From: Candidatus Hydrogenedentales bacterium
GTDB taxonomy: Bacteria > Hydrogenedentota > Hydrogenedentia > Hydrogenedentales > GCA-2746185
Length of the DNA stretch: 64,000 nucleotides
Direction: 5' to 3'
Assembly (NCBI GenBank): GCA_038916785.1
Contig: JBCLBO010000001.1
Coordinates: forward strand, 1,676 to 65,675
Shown here: in pieces, positions 31,066-40,275 of the stretch
Numbering within the stretch: the first letter of the stretch is position 1
How the letters are laid out: each line of letters begins with the position of its first letter
The notes under the pieces: generated by a model
Database searches by the model: none
What the model was told of the DNA's origin: nothing
What the model saw: the letters and a program-made list of their open reading frames with translations, nothing else
Translations under genes and position numbers: made by a program

Positions 31066-32640
31066 ATGCGCACAAACCTGAAGCGCTTCGCCGATGCCGT
31101 CCGCCGCGCGCAGCGCTTCGCCATGCACGACATCTGGCAGATCGGCACTCCGGGCGAGGAGCTCCCGCGCGGATTCATCATCAAGCAAATCCGCGTGGCG
31201 ATTTTGCTCGGCAGCAAGCTGCTCGATGGCATGCACATGGTCCGCGCGGCGTCGCTCACCTTCGCTACGCTGCTCTCGATCGTGCCACTCTTGGCGCTGC
31301 TGTTTTTTGTGATTCAGCGGCTCGACCTCGGCGAGCAGGTCTACGGTTACATTGAAAACCGGGTGGAGTCCGTCGCTGAACTCGTTGCGCCGCGCCCGGC
31401 GCAGCCGCCGGCGCCGGGAGTGGATATCTCCGCCACGCCGCTGCCCTTGGCGCCGCAGGTGGAACCGGCGCCGGAGGGCCCGCTGGCGCCGGAAGACACG
31501 GGCAGCACACGGCTACAACGAGACATCGTCGCCGCGTTGTTCCAGGGGGTCACCCGGCCGGGGGAGGAAATGAAGGACCCGGTGGACGGCATCTCGTCCA
31601 CCGCGGACACGATCGCGAAGTTGGCGAACGACGCGGCGGCGAATTCGACCGCGCTCACGGTGTCTGGCGTCATCTTGGTATTGACGACCGTTTTCGGCCT
31701 GATGCGCAACGTCGAGAACGTGTTCAACCGCATCTGGGGCGTGCGCCGCCGCCGCGCGTGGTACCGCACCTTCGCCGACTATTTCCTCATCATGGTGCTG
31801 CTGCCCTTCGTCGTCGCCGCGGTGATGGGCGTGCTGGCCGCATTGCAGAGCGAGTCGGTGTCACGCGCGGTGGGGCCCTTCGCCTTTGTGCTCGGGCTTG
31901 GGCAGTACGTGTTGGTGGTTGTCGTGTTCACCTCGCTGTATCGCTTCGTGCCGAACACGACGGTACGGTTTCGTTACGCGCTGCTCGCCGGTGTGATCGC
32001 GGGGACGCTTTGGGTGGGGCTGTCCTGGGGCTATGTGCAATTTCAGTTCGGCCTCACGCGCTACGCCGTCGTCCTCTCGGCATTCGCGCAATTCCCGATG
32101 TTGTTGATGTGGATATACCTGAGTTGGGCGATTGTGCTTTTGGGATGCGAAGTCGCTTATGCGTATCAACACGAAAGGACCTTCGCGTTGGAACGCTTCG
32201 CCGACGAAGCCAGCTACGCCTATCGCGAGGCCGTCGGTCTGCGCGCCATGGTCGAAATCGGCCGCCGTTTTTCCGAAGGCCGGCCCGGGTTCACCGCGGA
32301 GGTGGCCTCCGCAGAGTGGAATGTTCCGCTTCGCCTATTGAATGACGTGCTCGACGCGCTCGCGCGCGGCGGTCTGCTCGCCGTGCGTTTGGCGGAGCCG
32401 CCGGAATATCAACCCGCGCGGCCGCTCGACAAGATTGCGGCGGGCGATATCGTGCATGTGTTGCGTCAGGACGGAACCGATCCTTCGCGATTCTTGTCGG
32501 ACGGCCGGTGCCGGAAACTCTTCGACGAGCTTGGCCGCACGGACCGCGCGTTCGCAGGCGCAACGCTCGCCGATCTCGTCGAAGGATACGTGCAATCGCT
32601 CAGCGCGCCGGCCGCGAGCCGTCCTTCCGTCAATGCCTGA
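31066..32640 (+). CDS. YihY/BrkB-family membrane protein with C-terminal winged-helix-like domain
   Basis: RAASLTFATLLSIVPLLALLF and RRRAWYRTFADYFLIMVLLPF are typical of the YihY family. There are about 6 TM helices. The soluble tail is Rrf2-like (WNVPLRLLNDVLDALARGGLL). Confidence 0.85.
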   Translation: MRTNLKRFADAVRRAQRFAMHDIWQIGTPGEELPRGFIIKQIRVAILLGSKLLDGMHMVRAASLTFATLLSIVPLLALLFFVIQRLDLGEQVYGYIENRVESVAELVAPRPAQPPAPGVDISATPLPLAPQVEPAPEGPLAPEDTGSTRLQRDIVAALFQGVTRPGEEMKDPVDGISSTADTIAKLANDAAANSTALTVSGVILVLTTVFGLMRNVENVFNRIWGVRRRRAWYRTFADYFLIMVLLPFVVAAVMGVLAALQSESVSRAVGPFAFVLGLGQYVLVVVVFTSLYRFVPNTTVRFRYALLAGVIAGTLWVGLSWGYVQFQFGLTRYAVVLSAFAQFPMLLMWIYLSWAIVLLGCEVAYAYQHERTFALERFADEASYAYREAVGLRAMVEIGRRFSEGRPGFTAEVASAEWNVPLRLLNDVLDALARGGLLAVRLAEPPEYQPARPLDKIAAGDIVHVLRQDGTDPSRFLSDGRCRKLFDELGRTDRAFAGATLADLVEGYVQSLSAPAASRPSVNA

Positions 32641-34798
32641 TCCCCGCAGCGAAGCCGCCCTCCCCGGCACCGAGCCGGTCACCGTCGAAGGGGTGCTCGA
32701 TAAAATCGTCTTCGAGAGCGCGGACTCGGGTTTCTTCGTGGGCCGCCTGCGCGAGGCCGGCACGAACGAGCTTATTACCTTCGTCGGCAACGTGATGGCG
32801 GTGTCGCCCGGCGAGACGATTCGCCTGCGCGGACATTGGGTGAACGACAAGAAGTTTGGCCGCCAGTTGCGCACGGAGTCGTGGGAGACACTGCGGCCGA
32901 ATTCGCTTGAAGGCATCGAGAAGTATTTGGGATCGGGCCTGATCAAAGGCATCGGCCCGACCTATGCCAAGAGAATTATCGAAGCCTTCGGGGTGGACGC
33001 GCTGGTGATTATCGACGAACACCCCGAGCGCGTGCTCGAGGTGCCGGGCATCGGCCGCAAGCGCGCCGATCAAATCAAGCAGGCCTGGGCCGAGCAGAAG
33101 AGCGTCCGCGCGATCATGGTCTTCCTGCAAGGCCACGGCATCAGCACCGGCCAGGCGGCGAAAATATACAAGCGCTACGGCGACGGCGCGGTGGCGGTGC
33201 TGCGCGAGAACCCGTATAGGCTCGCCGAGGACATCGCGGGGATCGGGTTCGCCGGCGCGGACAAGGTGGCCGAGAGCCTCGGCGTCGAGAAGACCTCGCC
33301 GCAGCGGCTCCAGGCGGGACTGATCTTCGCGCTGCAGGACGCGGCGGGCGAGGGCCACGTCTGCGTGCCGGAGGACCGGCTGATCGCGGCGGCCGCGGAA
33401 CTGCTCGGCGTGGACGCGAAGCTGTTGCCCGACGCTGTCCGCGCGCTGGAGAGTCAACGGCAACTGGCGCGGCAGGGGAGCGACTGTTACCTCTCGGCGC
33501 TGCACATCGCGGAGGCCGGCTGCGCGCACCACGTCAAGCGGCTGCTCGCGGCGCGGAAGGTGCCCGTCTCGATCGACATCGAAAAAGCGATCGCGTGGGT
33601 CGAGAAACAGCAGGGCATCCAGCTCTCCGTGGAACAAGCCGAATCGCTGCGCATGGCCGCGCACGCGCCGATGTTGGTCATCACGGGCGGGCCCGGCACC
33701 GGCAAGACGACGCTGGTGCGCGGGCTCATTGGCATCTTCGAGGCGAAGGGGCTCTCCGTGCTGCTCGCCGCGCCGACGGGCCGCGCCGCCAAGCGCATGG
33801 AATCGGCGACCGGCCGCCCCTCGAGCACGATCCACCGTCTGCTCGAATTCAGTCCGCGCACGGGCAGCTTCGTCCGCACGGAATATGACCCCCTGCGCGC
33901 CGAGATGATCGTGATCGACGAGACTTCGATGGTGGATGTCGGCCTTTTGCATAGCTTGTTACGCGCGCTGCCGAGCGACTGCCGCTTGGTGCTCGTGGGC
34001 GACGTGGACCAGTTGCCGTCGGTCGGCCCGGGCAATGTACTGCTGGACATCATCGCGTCGAACGTTGTGCCGACGGTGCGCCTGCGCACCGTGTTCCGGC
34101 AAGCGGCTGAGAGCGGCATCATTCGCAACGCCCACCGCATCAATCGCGGCGAGAACCCGGAATTCAACGCGGACGACTTTTTCTTCGTCGAGCGGCCCGA
34201 GGCCGAGCGCGCCGTGGGGACGGTCGTCGAATTGGTCACCTCGCGCATCCCGCGCAAGTTTGGCCTCGACCCGATGCGAGACATCCAGGTCCTCTCTCCC
34301 ATGCACCGCGGGCCAGTGGGCGTGGCGAACCTAAACCAGGCGCTGCAGGCCGCGCTCAACCCGCAGGGCGCGGTCACCCCGCGCCGCGGTTTCCGGATTG
34401 GTGATCGCGTCATCCAGCAGCGCAACAACTACGCCCTCGACGTGTTCAACGGCGACATGGGCCGCATCGAATCCGTGGACGACGACGCGCAGACCTATAC
34501 CATCGTCTTCGACGGCCGGCCGGTGATCTACGGCTTCGAAGAACTCGACGATCTCACGCTGGCCTATGCGATCACGGTCCACAAGTCCCAGGGGAGCGAA
34601 TACCCCGCGATCGTCATGCCGCTGGTCGCGCAGCATTTCATGCTGCTCCAGCGCAATGTGCTCTACACCGGCGTCACCCGCGCGAAGAAACTCGTCGTGC
34701 TCGTCGGCGACCCCAAGGCGCTACGGCGCGCGCTGCACAACACCGAAGTCACGCGCCGCCACACCCGCCTCGCCGAGCGCCTGCGCAACGAGATTTGA
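32633..34798 (+). CDS. recD2: RecD2-type ATP-dependent DNA helicase (RecD/TraA family)
   Basis: N-terminal OB-like VEGVLDKIVFESADSGFFVGRL, HhH region, Walker A ITGGPGTGKTT, LVLVGDVDQLPSVGPG, and C-terminal AYAITVHKSQGSEYP. ATG at 32633 lies just upstream of the yihY stop. Confidence 0.9.
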   Translation: MPDPRSEAALPGTEPVTVEGVLDKIVFESADSGFFVGRLREAGTNELITFVGNVMAVSPGETIRLRGHWVNDKKFGRQLRTESWETLRPNSLEGIEKYLGSGLIKGIGPTYAKRIIEAFGVDALVIIDEHPERVLEVPGIGRKRADQIKQAWAEQKSVRAIMVFLQGHGISTGQAAKIYKRYGDGAVAVLRENPYRLAEDIAGIGFAGADKVAESLGVEKTSPQRLQAGLIFALQDAAGEGHVCVPEDRLIAAAAELLGVDAKLLPDAVRALESQRQLARQGSDCYLSALHIAEAGCAHHVKRLLAARKVPVSIDIEKAIAWVEKQQGIQLSVEQAESLRMAAHAPMLVITGGPGTGKTTLVRGLIGIFEAKGLSVLLAAPTGRAAKRMESATGRPSSTIHRLLEFSPRTGSFVRTEYDPLRAEMIVIDETSMVDVGLLHSLLRALPSDCRLVLVGDVDQLPSVGPGNVLLDIIASNVVPTVRLRTVFRQAAESGIIRNAHRINRGENPEFNADDFFFVERPEAERAVGTVVELVTSRIPRKFGLDPMRDIQVLSPMHRGPVGVANLNQALQAALNPQGAVTPRRGFRIGDRVIQQRNNYALDVFNGDMGRIESVDDDAQTYTIVFDGRPVIYGFEELDDLTLAYAITVHKSQGSEYPAIVMPLVAQHFMLLQRNVLYTGVTRAKKLVVLVGDPKALRRALHNTEVTRRHTRLAERLRNEI

Positions 34799-34804
34799 CA
34801 GTGT

Positions 34805-34912
34805 TTTTTAATAGTTTTTTAATAGGGACAGCCACCTATTTATTGACACACCCATTCATTCATAAATAGGTGGCTGTCCCTATTTAATCCCTATTTAATC
34901 CCCATTTAATCC
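34805..34912. repeat. AT-rich palindromic element, family E (hairpin flanked by 11-bp tandem repeats); possible terminator of recD2
   Basis: Perfect 22-bp arms AATAGGGACAGCCACCTATTTA (34821-34842) and TAAATAGGTGGCTGTCCCTATT (34863-34884) enclose a 20-nt loop. The element is preceded by 2x TTTTTTAATAG and followed by about 3x CTATTTAATCC. A third half-copy lies at 36727-36752. Confidence 0.8.
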
Positions 34913-34981
34913 GAAAAAACCTCCGCGACTCATTTCCTCCGCGTGAGCCGGGCTGCCACTTTTCCCGCCCCGCCGGGTATC

Positions 34982-35884
34982 ATGGGCCCAAATCCGACCC
35001 GGAGAATCCGCCCCGTGCTGAAGTCGATCGATCGAATCCAAATCGCAACGCCCAACGCCGGCGAGGCCTCCAAAGGCTGGATCGCCCTGCTCGGCGCGCA
35101 ACCCCACTCCACCGATACCGTTGGCGCGCTCAGCGCCACTCGCACCACACTGCGCCTCGGCCGCGTCGAGATCGAGCTCCTCGAACCCGACGGCGCCGGC
35201 CCGATCGACGCCGCTCTGAAAAAGCGCGGCCGCGCGCATCTCTTCGCCGCCGGCGCGTCCACCCCCGACGTGTCGCGAACCGTCGCGCATCTCCGCACAC
35301 AAGGAATCGAAGTCGCGCTCGAAAACGGGCAAGCCCATCTCAACGCCGCCAAGGCGCTCGGCGTAGATTTCCCGCTAGTCCTCAGCCCCGCCGCGGATCG
35401 CCCGAGCATCGGCGCGATCGATTTTCTCTACGAAGTCACCCTACTCGCGCACGACGCGCCGGGCGTCTCAGCGCGTCTAGCAAAACTCTTCACGCTGAAC
35501 GACTCCAATTTCGTGCCGATCTCCTCCGATCACTTCGACTACTCCGGCATACTCACGCTCTTCTCCCGCGACGATCTCCACCGCTTCGAGGTCATCTGCC
35601 CGCGCTCGAACCAATCCACCATGGGCCGATTCCTCGAGCGTCAGGGCGAAGCGTTCTACATGTGCTTCGCCGAATCGCGCGACATGCTCGGCATCGAGCA
35701 ACGCGCGAAGGCCGCCGGCGCAGGCATCACCGCCGATCGCCCCGCGGGCCGCCGCGCCGACCAGCCGGCAGACCAGATGTGGTTGCACCCGCCCGCGCTC
35801 GGCGGTGTTATGCTGGGCCTCTCCCGGCCGACGATGGCCTGGAAATGGTCCGGCCACCCCGAACGCGTGCGAGGTGTCGAATGA
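34982..35884 (+). CDS. VOC (glyoxalase/bleomycin-resistance/dioxygenase) superfamily protein, two-domain
   Basis: LKSIDRIQIATPNAGEASKGWIALLGA...RVEIELLEPDGAGPID is VOC-like. A second repeat includes FEVICPRSNQSTMGRFLERQGEAFYM. The start is uncertain: ATG at 34982 or GTG at 35015. Confidence 0.6.
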   Translation: MGPNPTRRIRPVLKSIDRIQIATPNAGEASKGWIALLGAQPHSTDTVGALSATRTTLRLGRVEIELLEPDGAGPIDAALKKRGRAHLFAAGASTPDVSRTVAHLRTQGIEVALENGQAHLNAAKALGVDFPLVLSPAADRPSIGAIDFLYEVTLLAHDAPGVSARLAKLFTLNDSNFVPISSDHFDYSGILTLFSRDDLHRFEVICPRSNQSTMGRFLERQGEAFYMCFAESRDMLGIEQRAKAAGAGITADRPAGRRADQPADQMWLHPPALGGVMLGLSRPTMAWKWSGHPERVRGVE

Positions 35885-36672
35885 GCGAAAACGATCTGGT
35901 GCTAGTCGAAGACCGGGACCGCGTCCGCATCCTCACGCTGAACCGTCCCAAGCAACTCAACGCCTTTAACGACGCGCTCTACGACGCCCTCGCCGCCGCC
36001 CTGCGCGCCGCGTCTGCACACCCGCGCGTCACCGTCGCCGTCATCACCGGCAGCGGCCGCGCCTTCTCCGCCGGCCAGGACCTCGCCGAACTCGCCCAGC
36101 GCCCGCGCTACACCGACAACGCCCCGCACGGATTCCAACCCTTCATGGACGTGCTGCAATCCTTCCCCAAACCCCTCATCGCCGCCGTCAACGGACTCGG
36201 CATCGGCATCGGCGCCACCATGCTGCTCCACTGCGACCTCGTGCTCATCGCCGAGAGCGCCAAACTCCGCGCCCCCTTCGTCAGCCTCGGCATCTCCACC
36301 GAAGCCGGCAGCTCCTACCTCTTCCCCGCCACCATCGGCTGGGCCAACACCGCCCACCTCCTCTACACCGGCAACTGGCTCACCGCCGCAGACGCCGTCC
36401 GACTAGGCCTAGCCTGGCGCGCCATCCCCGACGATCAACTCGCCGCCGAGACCCAACAACTAGCCCAGCAAATCGCCGCCAACCCCGTCACCTCCCTAGT
36501 CGCCACCAAAAAACTCCTACTCGGCGCCCGCCTAAACCAAATCCGAGCCGCCCGCGACCTCGAAAACGAAATCATTTCCCACCTCGCCGGCGGCCCCGCC
36601 AACAAAGAAGCCATCGCAGCATTCCTCGAAAAACGCCCGCCCGATTTCTCGCATGTGGTGCACAACCTCTAA
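35881..36672 (+). CDS. Enoyl-CoA hydratase/isomerase (crotonase) family protein
   Basis: VRILTLNRPKQLNAFN and ITGSGRAFSAGQDL are present, with oxyanion-hole context. ATG at 35881 overlaps the upstream stop (ATGA). Confidence 0.9.
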   Translation: MSENDLVLVEDRDRVRILTLNRPKQLNAFNDALYDALAAALRAASAHPRVTVAVITGSGRAFSAGQDLAELAQRPRYTDNAPHGFQPFMDVLQSFPKPLIAAVNGLGIGIGATMLLHCDLVLIAESAKLRAPFVSLGISTEAGSSYLFPATIGWANTAHLLYTGNWLTAADAVRLGLAWRAIPDDQLAAETQQLAQQIAANPVTSLVATKKLLLGARLNQIRAARDLENEIISHLAGGPANKEAIAAFLEKRPPDFSHVVHNL

Positions 36673-36726
36673 AGGAATCTGGCGTTCGTTCAAAACGTTG
36701 GTGCTCGGTGAAAATGGATAGATAGA

Positions 36727-36752
36727 AAATGGTGGCTGTCCCTATTAAATCC
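36727..36752. repeat. Family E half-element (AAATGGTGGCTGTCCCTATTAAATCC)
   Basis: Matches the right arm and flank of the 34863-34890 element. It sits 15 bp from the truncated 3' end of the integrase fragment. Confidence 0.7.
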
Positions 36753-36767
36753 ATGGAGGGATTGAGT

Positions 36768-36974
36768 TCACGCAGAGATGCGGACGGTTGGGTCGAGGCT
36801 CATCGCGTCCGTGGCGTGGCGCTCGTAGTTACGCTGGGTTCGGGCGTTGGGGATGTTGGCGAGCCACTCGACGGCCGCCGACACATAGGAGAGACGCCGG
36901 AACTGCTCCGCGGTCAACAGAGTTCCCGACGAACGGGTTAGAGAGGTGGAGGGGGTTTTGGTGTGTTCCTTCAT
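36768..36974 (-). pseudogene. Truncated tyrosine recombinase/integrase (N-terminal ~68 codons only)
   Basis: LLTAEQFRRLSYVSAAVEWLANIPNARTQRNYERHATD resembles the conserved N-terminus (..EWFANI.N..TRRAY..D) of a site-specific integrase family as I remember it. No catalytic domain follows, because only about 95 bp remain before the neighbouring core gene. Confidence 0.5.
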
Positions 36975-37142
36975 AGAGTCAGTTACCTCTGATAAAATAC
37001 ATCATCAAGGGTAATTGGGCGGGGATCATTGCGTCTGGAAACGTCGTAAGTGGACGGGAAAGCCTGAGAGGCTAAACGCTGCAATTTGTGCATGAAGCAG
37101 AATCTGCATGTAGGCTATCATCAGTTCGGAGGAATTTTGGAT

Positions 37143-39176
37143 ATGGGCAAGGTCGCAGCACACTCACCGGCAGACTTAGACGCTCGGATCAAGCGCATTT
37201 ACGATCACCTTTATGCGAACGCATCGGTGCGAACTCCCGCCGGGATTGCCGCAGAAGTCGGGAAACTTATTCGTACTGCGGCGTTCATGGAAGGCGGGGC
37301 GGGGGTTTTCCCAGCTTTTACCATGGCACCGGATGTTCGGAGCGGGCTCTTGAAGGGAGAGGCGGCAGTAACGCGAAGATTTGCGTCGGACCTGCGAAAC
37401 CGTTTCGCAGAAATGAAGGCGGAATGGAAGCTCTACAACGACGCGCCGCTGCTGTTGTCTGATGCCGATATAGCTTGGTGCTGCGCTCAGCTCGAGGGGG
37501 TCACCGTGTCTGCCGGTAATCGGGATGTCTTTGGCGATGCCGTTGAGATATTCCGAACGAGTTGGGCGAAGCAGAGTTCGGGCCAATTCTTTACGGACTC
37601 GCGCGTCACGCATCTGGCGATGATCCTACTCCAGTTTGACCCTTTTGCCGGGGACGATCTTGTCGACATTTGTTGCGGAACCGGTGGCTTTCTTCTGGCG
37701 GGTGTGGACTACATTTCTCAACTTGCGGAGAAGCGTTTTCCGACGGAGAAACGCGAACAGTCAGTTGCCGATATCGCCCTTAGGCTCCTTCGCGGACAGG
37801 AGATTGATCCTGAAATCTGTGAGATTGCGAACGCGTCGCTCGCGTGTCGTTTGGGTCATCCCACTGCGCGATTGGTCCAGCGCGGCGATTCTTTACTGCC
37901 TTCATCTTTCACTATGGCTTCGGAAAATGTTCTTATCGAGGGGACGCATCGCTGTGCAGCTTCAAATCCACCCTTTGGAACGAAGATCACAGTCAAGAGT
38001 CACGAGATACTTAGAAACTACGATCTGGCTAAACAAGGGAGTGCGCACGTACGGCCACGCGCGCCGGATATATTGCTTCTGGAGCGGAACATTCGAATGC
38101 TAAAACCCGGCGAAGGCCGACTGGCGATAGTCTTACCGTATCAGATTTTATCTGGCCCGCAGACGCGCTACATTCGGGAGTGGCTTCTTCAGCGCACGCA
38201 TATCGAGGCAGTGGTCGACCTTCCGGCCGAAACTTTTCAGCCTCACACGGGAACTAAAACGTCGCTTCTAGTGGTTCGGCGGCGGGCAAAGCCTATACAG
38301 AATCCAATCGTCAGTGAGTCCGGATCAATGTTGTTTATGTCGACTCCAAAGTGGATTGGGCATGATCGGCGAGGGCATCCGACGTACCGTCGCGACCCTG
38401 ACGGACGGCCGACCGCGGCCGTACTTTCAGATATTGAAGATGTCGGTAGGGCGTTTGAGGCGTTTACCGCTGGCAGCAACCCGACCAGCATCCACAGCGA
38501 TAGTTTCACGATCAAATTAGCTCAGGTCAGCGCAGATCCAGACTTACGTCTCAATGCTCGTTACTATCGTGAAAGGAAGGCCAGCACGCGCAACGGAAGG
38601 GCTCGGGGCAAATGGAAGACTCTACGGCTGGGCGACGCGTGCGAGCGCATATTTTTCCCTGGGCGGTTCAAGCGCAATTATGTCGAACCCAGCGATTCCG
38701 CGGTGCCATTTCTAGGCGGATCCAACATTTCAGAGTTATTCGCTCAAACGAATAAGTGGATTAGTAAGGATGATCCGCGTCTACCGGATTATATAGTTCG
38801 TGAAGGCTGGTTGCTTGTGACTAGAAGTGGGACAACCGGGATCGTATCGTCTGTGCCTCCAGCGTGGGATGGGGTGGCAATGTCTGAACACGTGATTCGA
38901 ATCGTCCCTCGGTTAAATGTTATTTCGCCAGCATGGATCCAAGCCTACTTACGGTCAACGGTCGGACAACGCGCGCTTTCGCGCGGTGTTTTTGGTTCAG
39001 TTATAGACGAGATCACTCCCGCATTCATCGCTGATCTCGAGGTGCCTGTTCCAAATGACAAGGACTTGTTCGCCCGTATTGTAAATGCGGTGGAACAGGC
39101 TGAAGAAAGTCGTCAAGCCTCCATAAAGAATTTACGCACCGCGATTTCCGAGATTGAAAGCCTGTTGGGCCACTAG
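37143..39176 (+). CDS. N6-adenine DNA methyltransferase fused to a type-I-S-like target recognition domain (M-S fusion)
   Basis: Motif I DLVDICCGTGGFLLAG and motif IV AASNPPFGTK. The C-terminal ~240 aa resemble one HsdS TRD plus a conserved helix (WKTLRLGDACERIF...GWLLVTRSGTTGIV...LFARIVNAVEQAEESRQASIKNL). ATG at 37143 has GGAGG 10 nt upstream. Alternative starts are at 37086 and 37092. Confidence 0.85.
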   Translation: MGKVAAHSPADLDARIKRIYDHLYANASVRTPAGIAAEVGKLIRTAAFMEGGAGVFPAFTMAPDVRSGLLKGEAAVTRRFASDLRNRFAEMKAEWKLYNDAPLLLSDADIAWCCAQLEGVTVSAGNRDVFGDAVEIFRTSWAKQSSGQFFTDSRVTHLAMILLQFDPFAGDDLVDICCGTGGFLLAGVDYISQLAEKRFPTEKREQSVADIALRLLRGQEIDPEICEIANASLACRLGHPTARLVQRGDSLLPSSFTMASENVLIEGTHRCAASNPPFGTKITVKSHEILRNYDLAKQGSAHVRPRAPDILLLERNIRMLKPGEGRLAIVLPYQILSGPQTRYIREWLLQRTHIEAVVDLPAETFQPHTGTKTSLLVVRRRAKPIQNPIVSESGSMLFMSTPKWIGHDRRGHPTYRRDPDGRPTAAVLSDIEDVGRAFEAFTAGSNPTSIHSDSFTIKLAQVSADPDLRLNARYYRERKASTRNGRARGKWKTLRLGDACERIFFPGRFKRNYVEPSDSAVPFLGGSNISELFAQTNKWISKDDPRLPDYIVREGWLLVTRSGTTGIVSSVPPAWDGVAMSEHVIRIVPRLNVISPAWIQAYLRSTVGQRALSRGVFGSVIDEITPAFIADLEVPVPNDKDLFARIVNAVEQAEESRQASIKNLRTAISEIESLLGH

Positions 39177-39196
39177 GACCCTCTATGCCAATTCAT

Positions 39197-39904
39197 TTAC
39201 AAACGACCGTGGCGCGATAGAATGCCTCGGATAAGCTGGAGAAGCTCATCGATCGTGTTATTGCCCTGAAGGTCGTTACTCAATTTTAGTATGAGTGATG
39301 TGTTTTCAGGGACGTGTCGGCCTTTCCGGTCGAGTGGCACCATGTGGCCCGACGTGATGATCCTTGGGTTCTCGATTACTTGCTTCAAGGAGACCTCTAT
39401 TCGCTGAATCGGATCTCTAAATGTTCCCGGTTTGATCTCGTGCCCTACAAGCCATATCAGATGTTTGGATACATGGTCGGGAGTAGTCGGGGCGTCGGTC
39501 ATCGATAAGGTCTGAAATATGTACTTGATGGCCACTAATGTTCCATCAATTCTGTTCGCATAAAACTTATGTTCTTTAGGTAATTCCCAGCGGTTAATCC
39601 GATTTCCGTCTTTGCCATCTTGCGGCCGGCCCGGGACTCTACTCGATGTCGGTTTCCACGGCGCAGATCTCGGTCCAGCATCGTTGAACTTTGTCAGGAG
39701 AGCCTTAACCGAATCCTCGCTGAAACCATCGCGACGTATGAGCGCCCTGAACAGAAATTTCGCTGCCGCGTAGAGAGTTATAACGTCGTTTTCCGAGATT
39801 TTTCGTTGCGCCGCAGAGCATCTAATTACATCCGCGGATCGGGCTGCGATCTCAGCGCCGAAGTCTTCGCTTTGGCTTCCTTCTGTCTTGGTGCGTCGCG
39901 GCAA
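39197..39904 (-). CDS. Candidate restriction endonuclease (hypothetical; possible beta-beta-alpha-Me/HNH-like C-terminus)
   Basis: 235-aa lower-GC ORF lying immediately (1 nt) downstream of the controller HTH gene and convergent with the methylase. The C-terminal SGHMVPLDRKGRHVPENTSLILKLSNDLQGN is loosely HNH-like. The function is inferred from context only. Confidence 0.4.
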   Translation of the reverse strand: MPRRTKTEGSQSEDFGAEIAARSADVIRCSAAQRKISENDVITLYAAAKFLFRALIRRDGFSEDSVKALLTKFNDAGPRSAPWKPTSSRVPGRPQDGKDGNRINRWELPKEHKFYANRIDGTLVAIKYIFQTLSMTDAPTTPDHVSKHLIWLVGHEIKPGTFRDPIQRIEVSLKQVIENPRIITSGHMVPLDRKGRHVPENTSLILKLSNDLQGNNTIDELLQLIRGILSRHGRL

Positions 39905-39905
39905 T

Positions 39906-40148
39906 TTAGTTTGAATCCTTTGACGCCTTCAACAGTTCGCTTACATCGACCCGCAACGCGCTCGCTAAACTGGTCAGTGTACTGAGTGTGACATTGACCA
40001 TGCCTGCCTCAATTTTTTGCACGTGACGTGTGTGGAGATCGCTTAATTCCGCAAGTTGCTCTTGGGTAATTCGCGCGTGAAACCGAAGCCGCCGAAGATT
40101 TGCGGCAACACGCTGACGGATGTAGCTGACGGAGTTCCTACTTCCCAC
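39906..40148 (-). CDS. XRE-family HTH protein, probable R-M controller (C) protein
   Basis: 80 aa. The sequence ITQEQLAELSDLHTRHVQKIEAGMVNVTLSTLTSLASAL is a canonical HTH_3 motif. GTG start at 40148. Located directly upstream of the candidate nuclease. Confidence 0.8.
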   Translation of the reverse strand: MGSRNSVSYIRQRVAANLRRLRFHARITQEQLAELSDLHTRHVQKIEAGMVNVTLSTLTSLASALRVDVSELLKASKDSN

Positions 40149-40183
40149 GCGCTAATTAGAACCTAACGGAGAGACGCACAACC

Positions 40184-40199
40184 ACGCCATATATGGCGT
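40184..40199. promoter_or_regulatory. Perfect 16-bp palindrome ACGCCATATATGGCGT, candidate C-box/operator
   Basis: Lies 36-51 nt upstream of the controller gene start on the transcribed side. It is AT-centred within GC-rich DNA. Confidence 0.35.
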
Positions 40200-40275
40200 A
40201 ACGTTTGGACATTCGCCTACCGCGCCTGCGACTGCCACGCCGAGCGACTGAGATTCGCCCGACGCGCCGTCCGCG

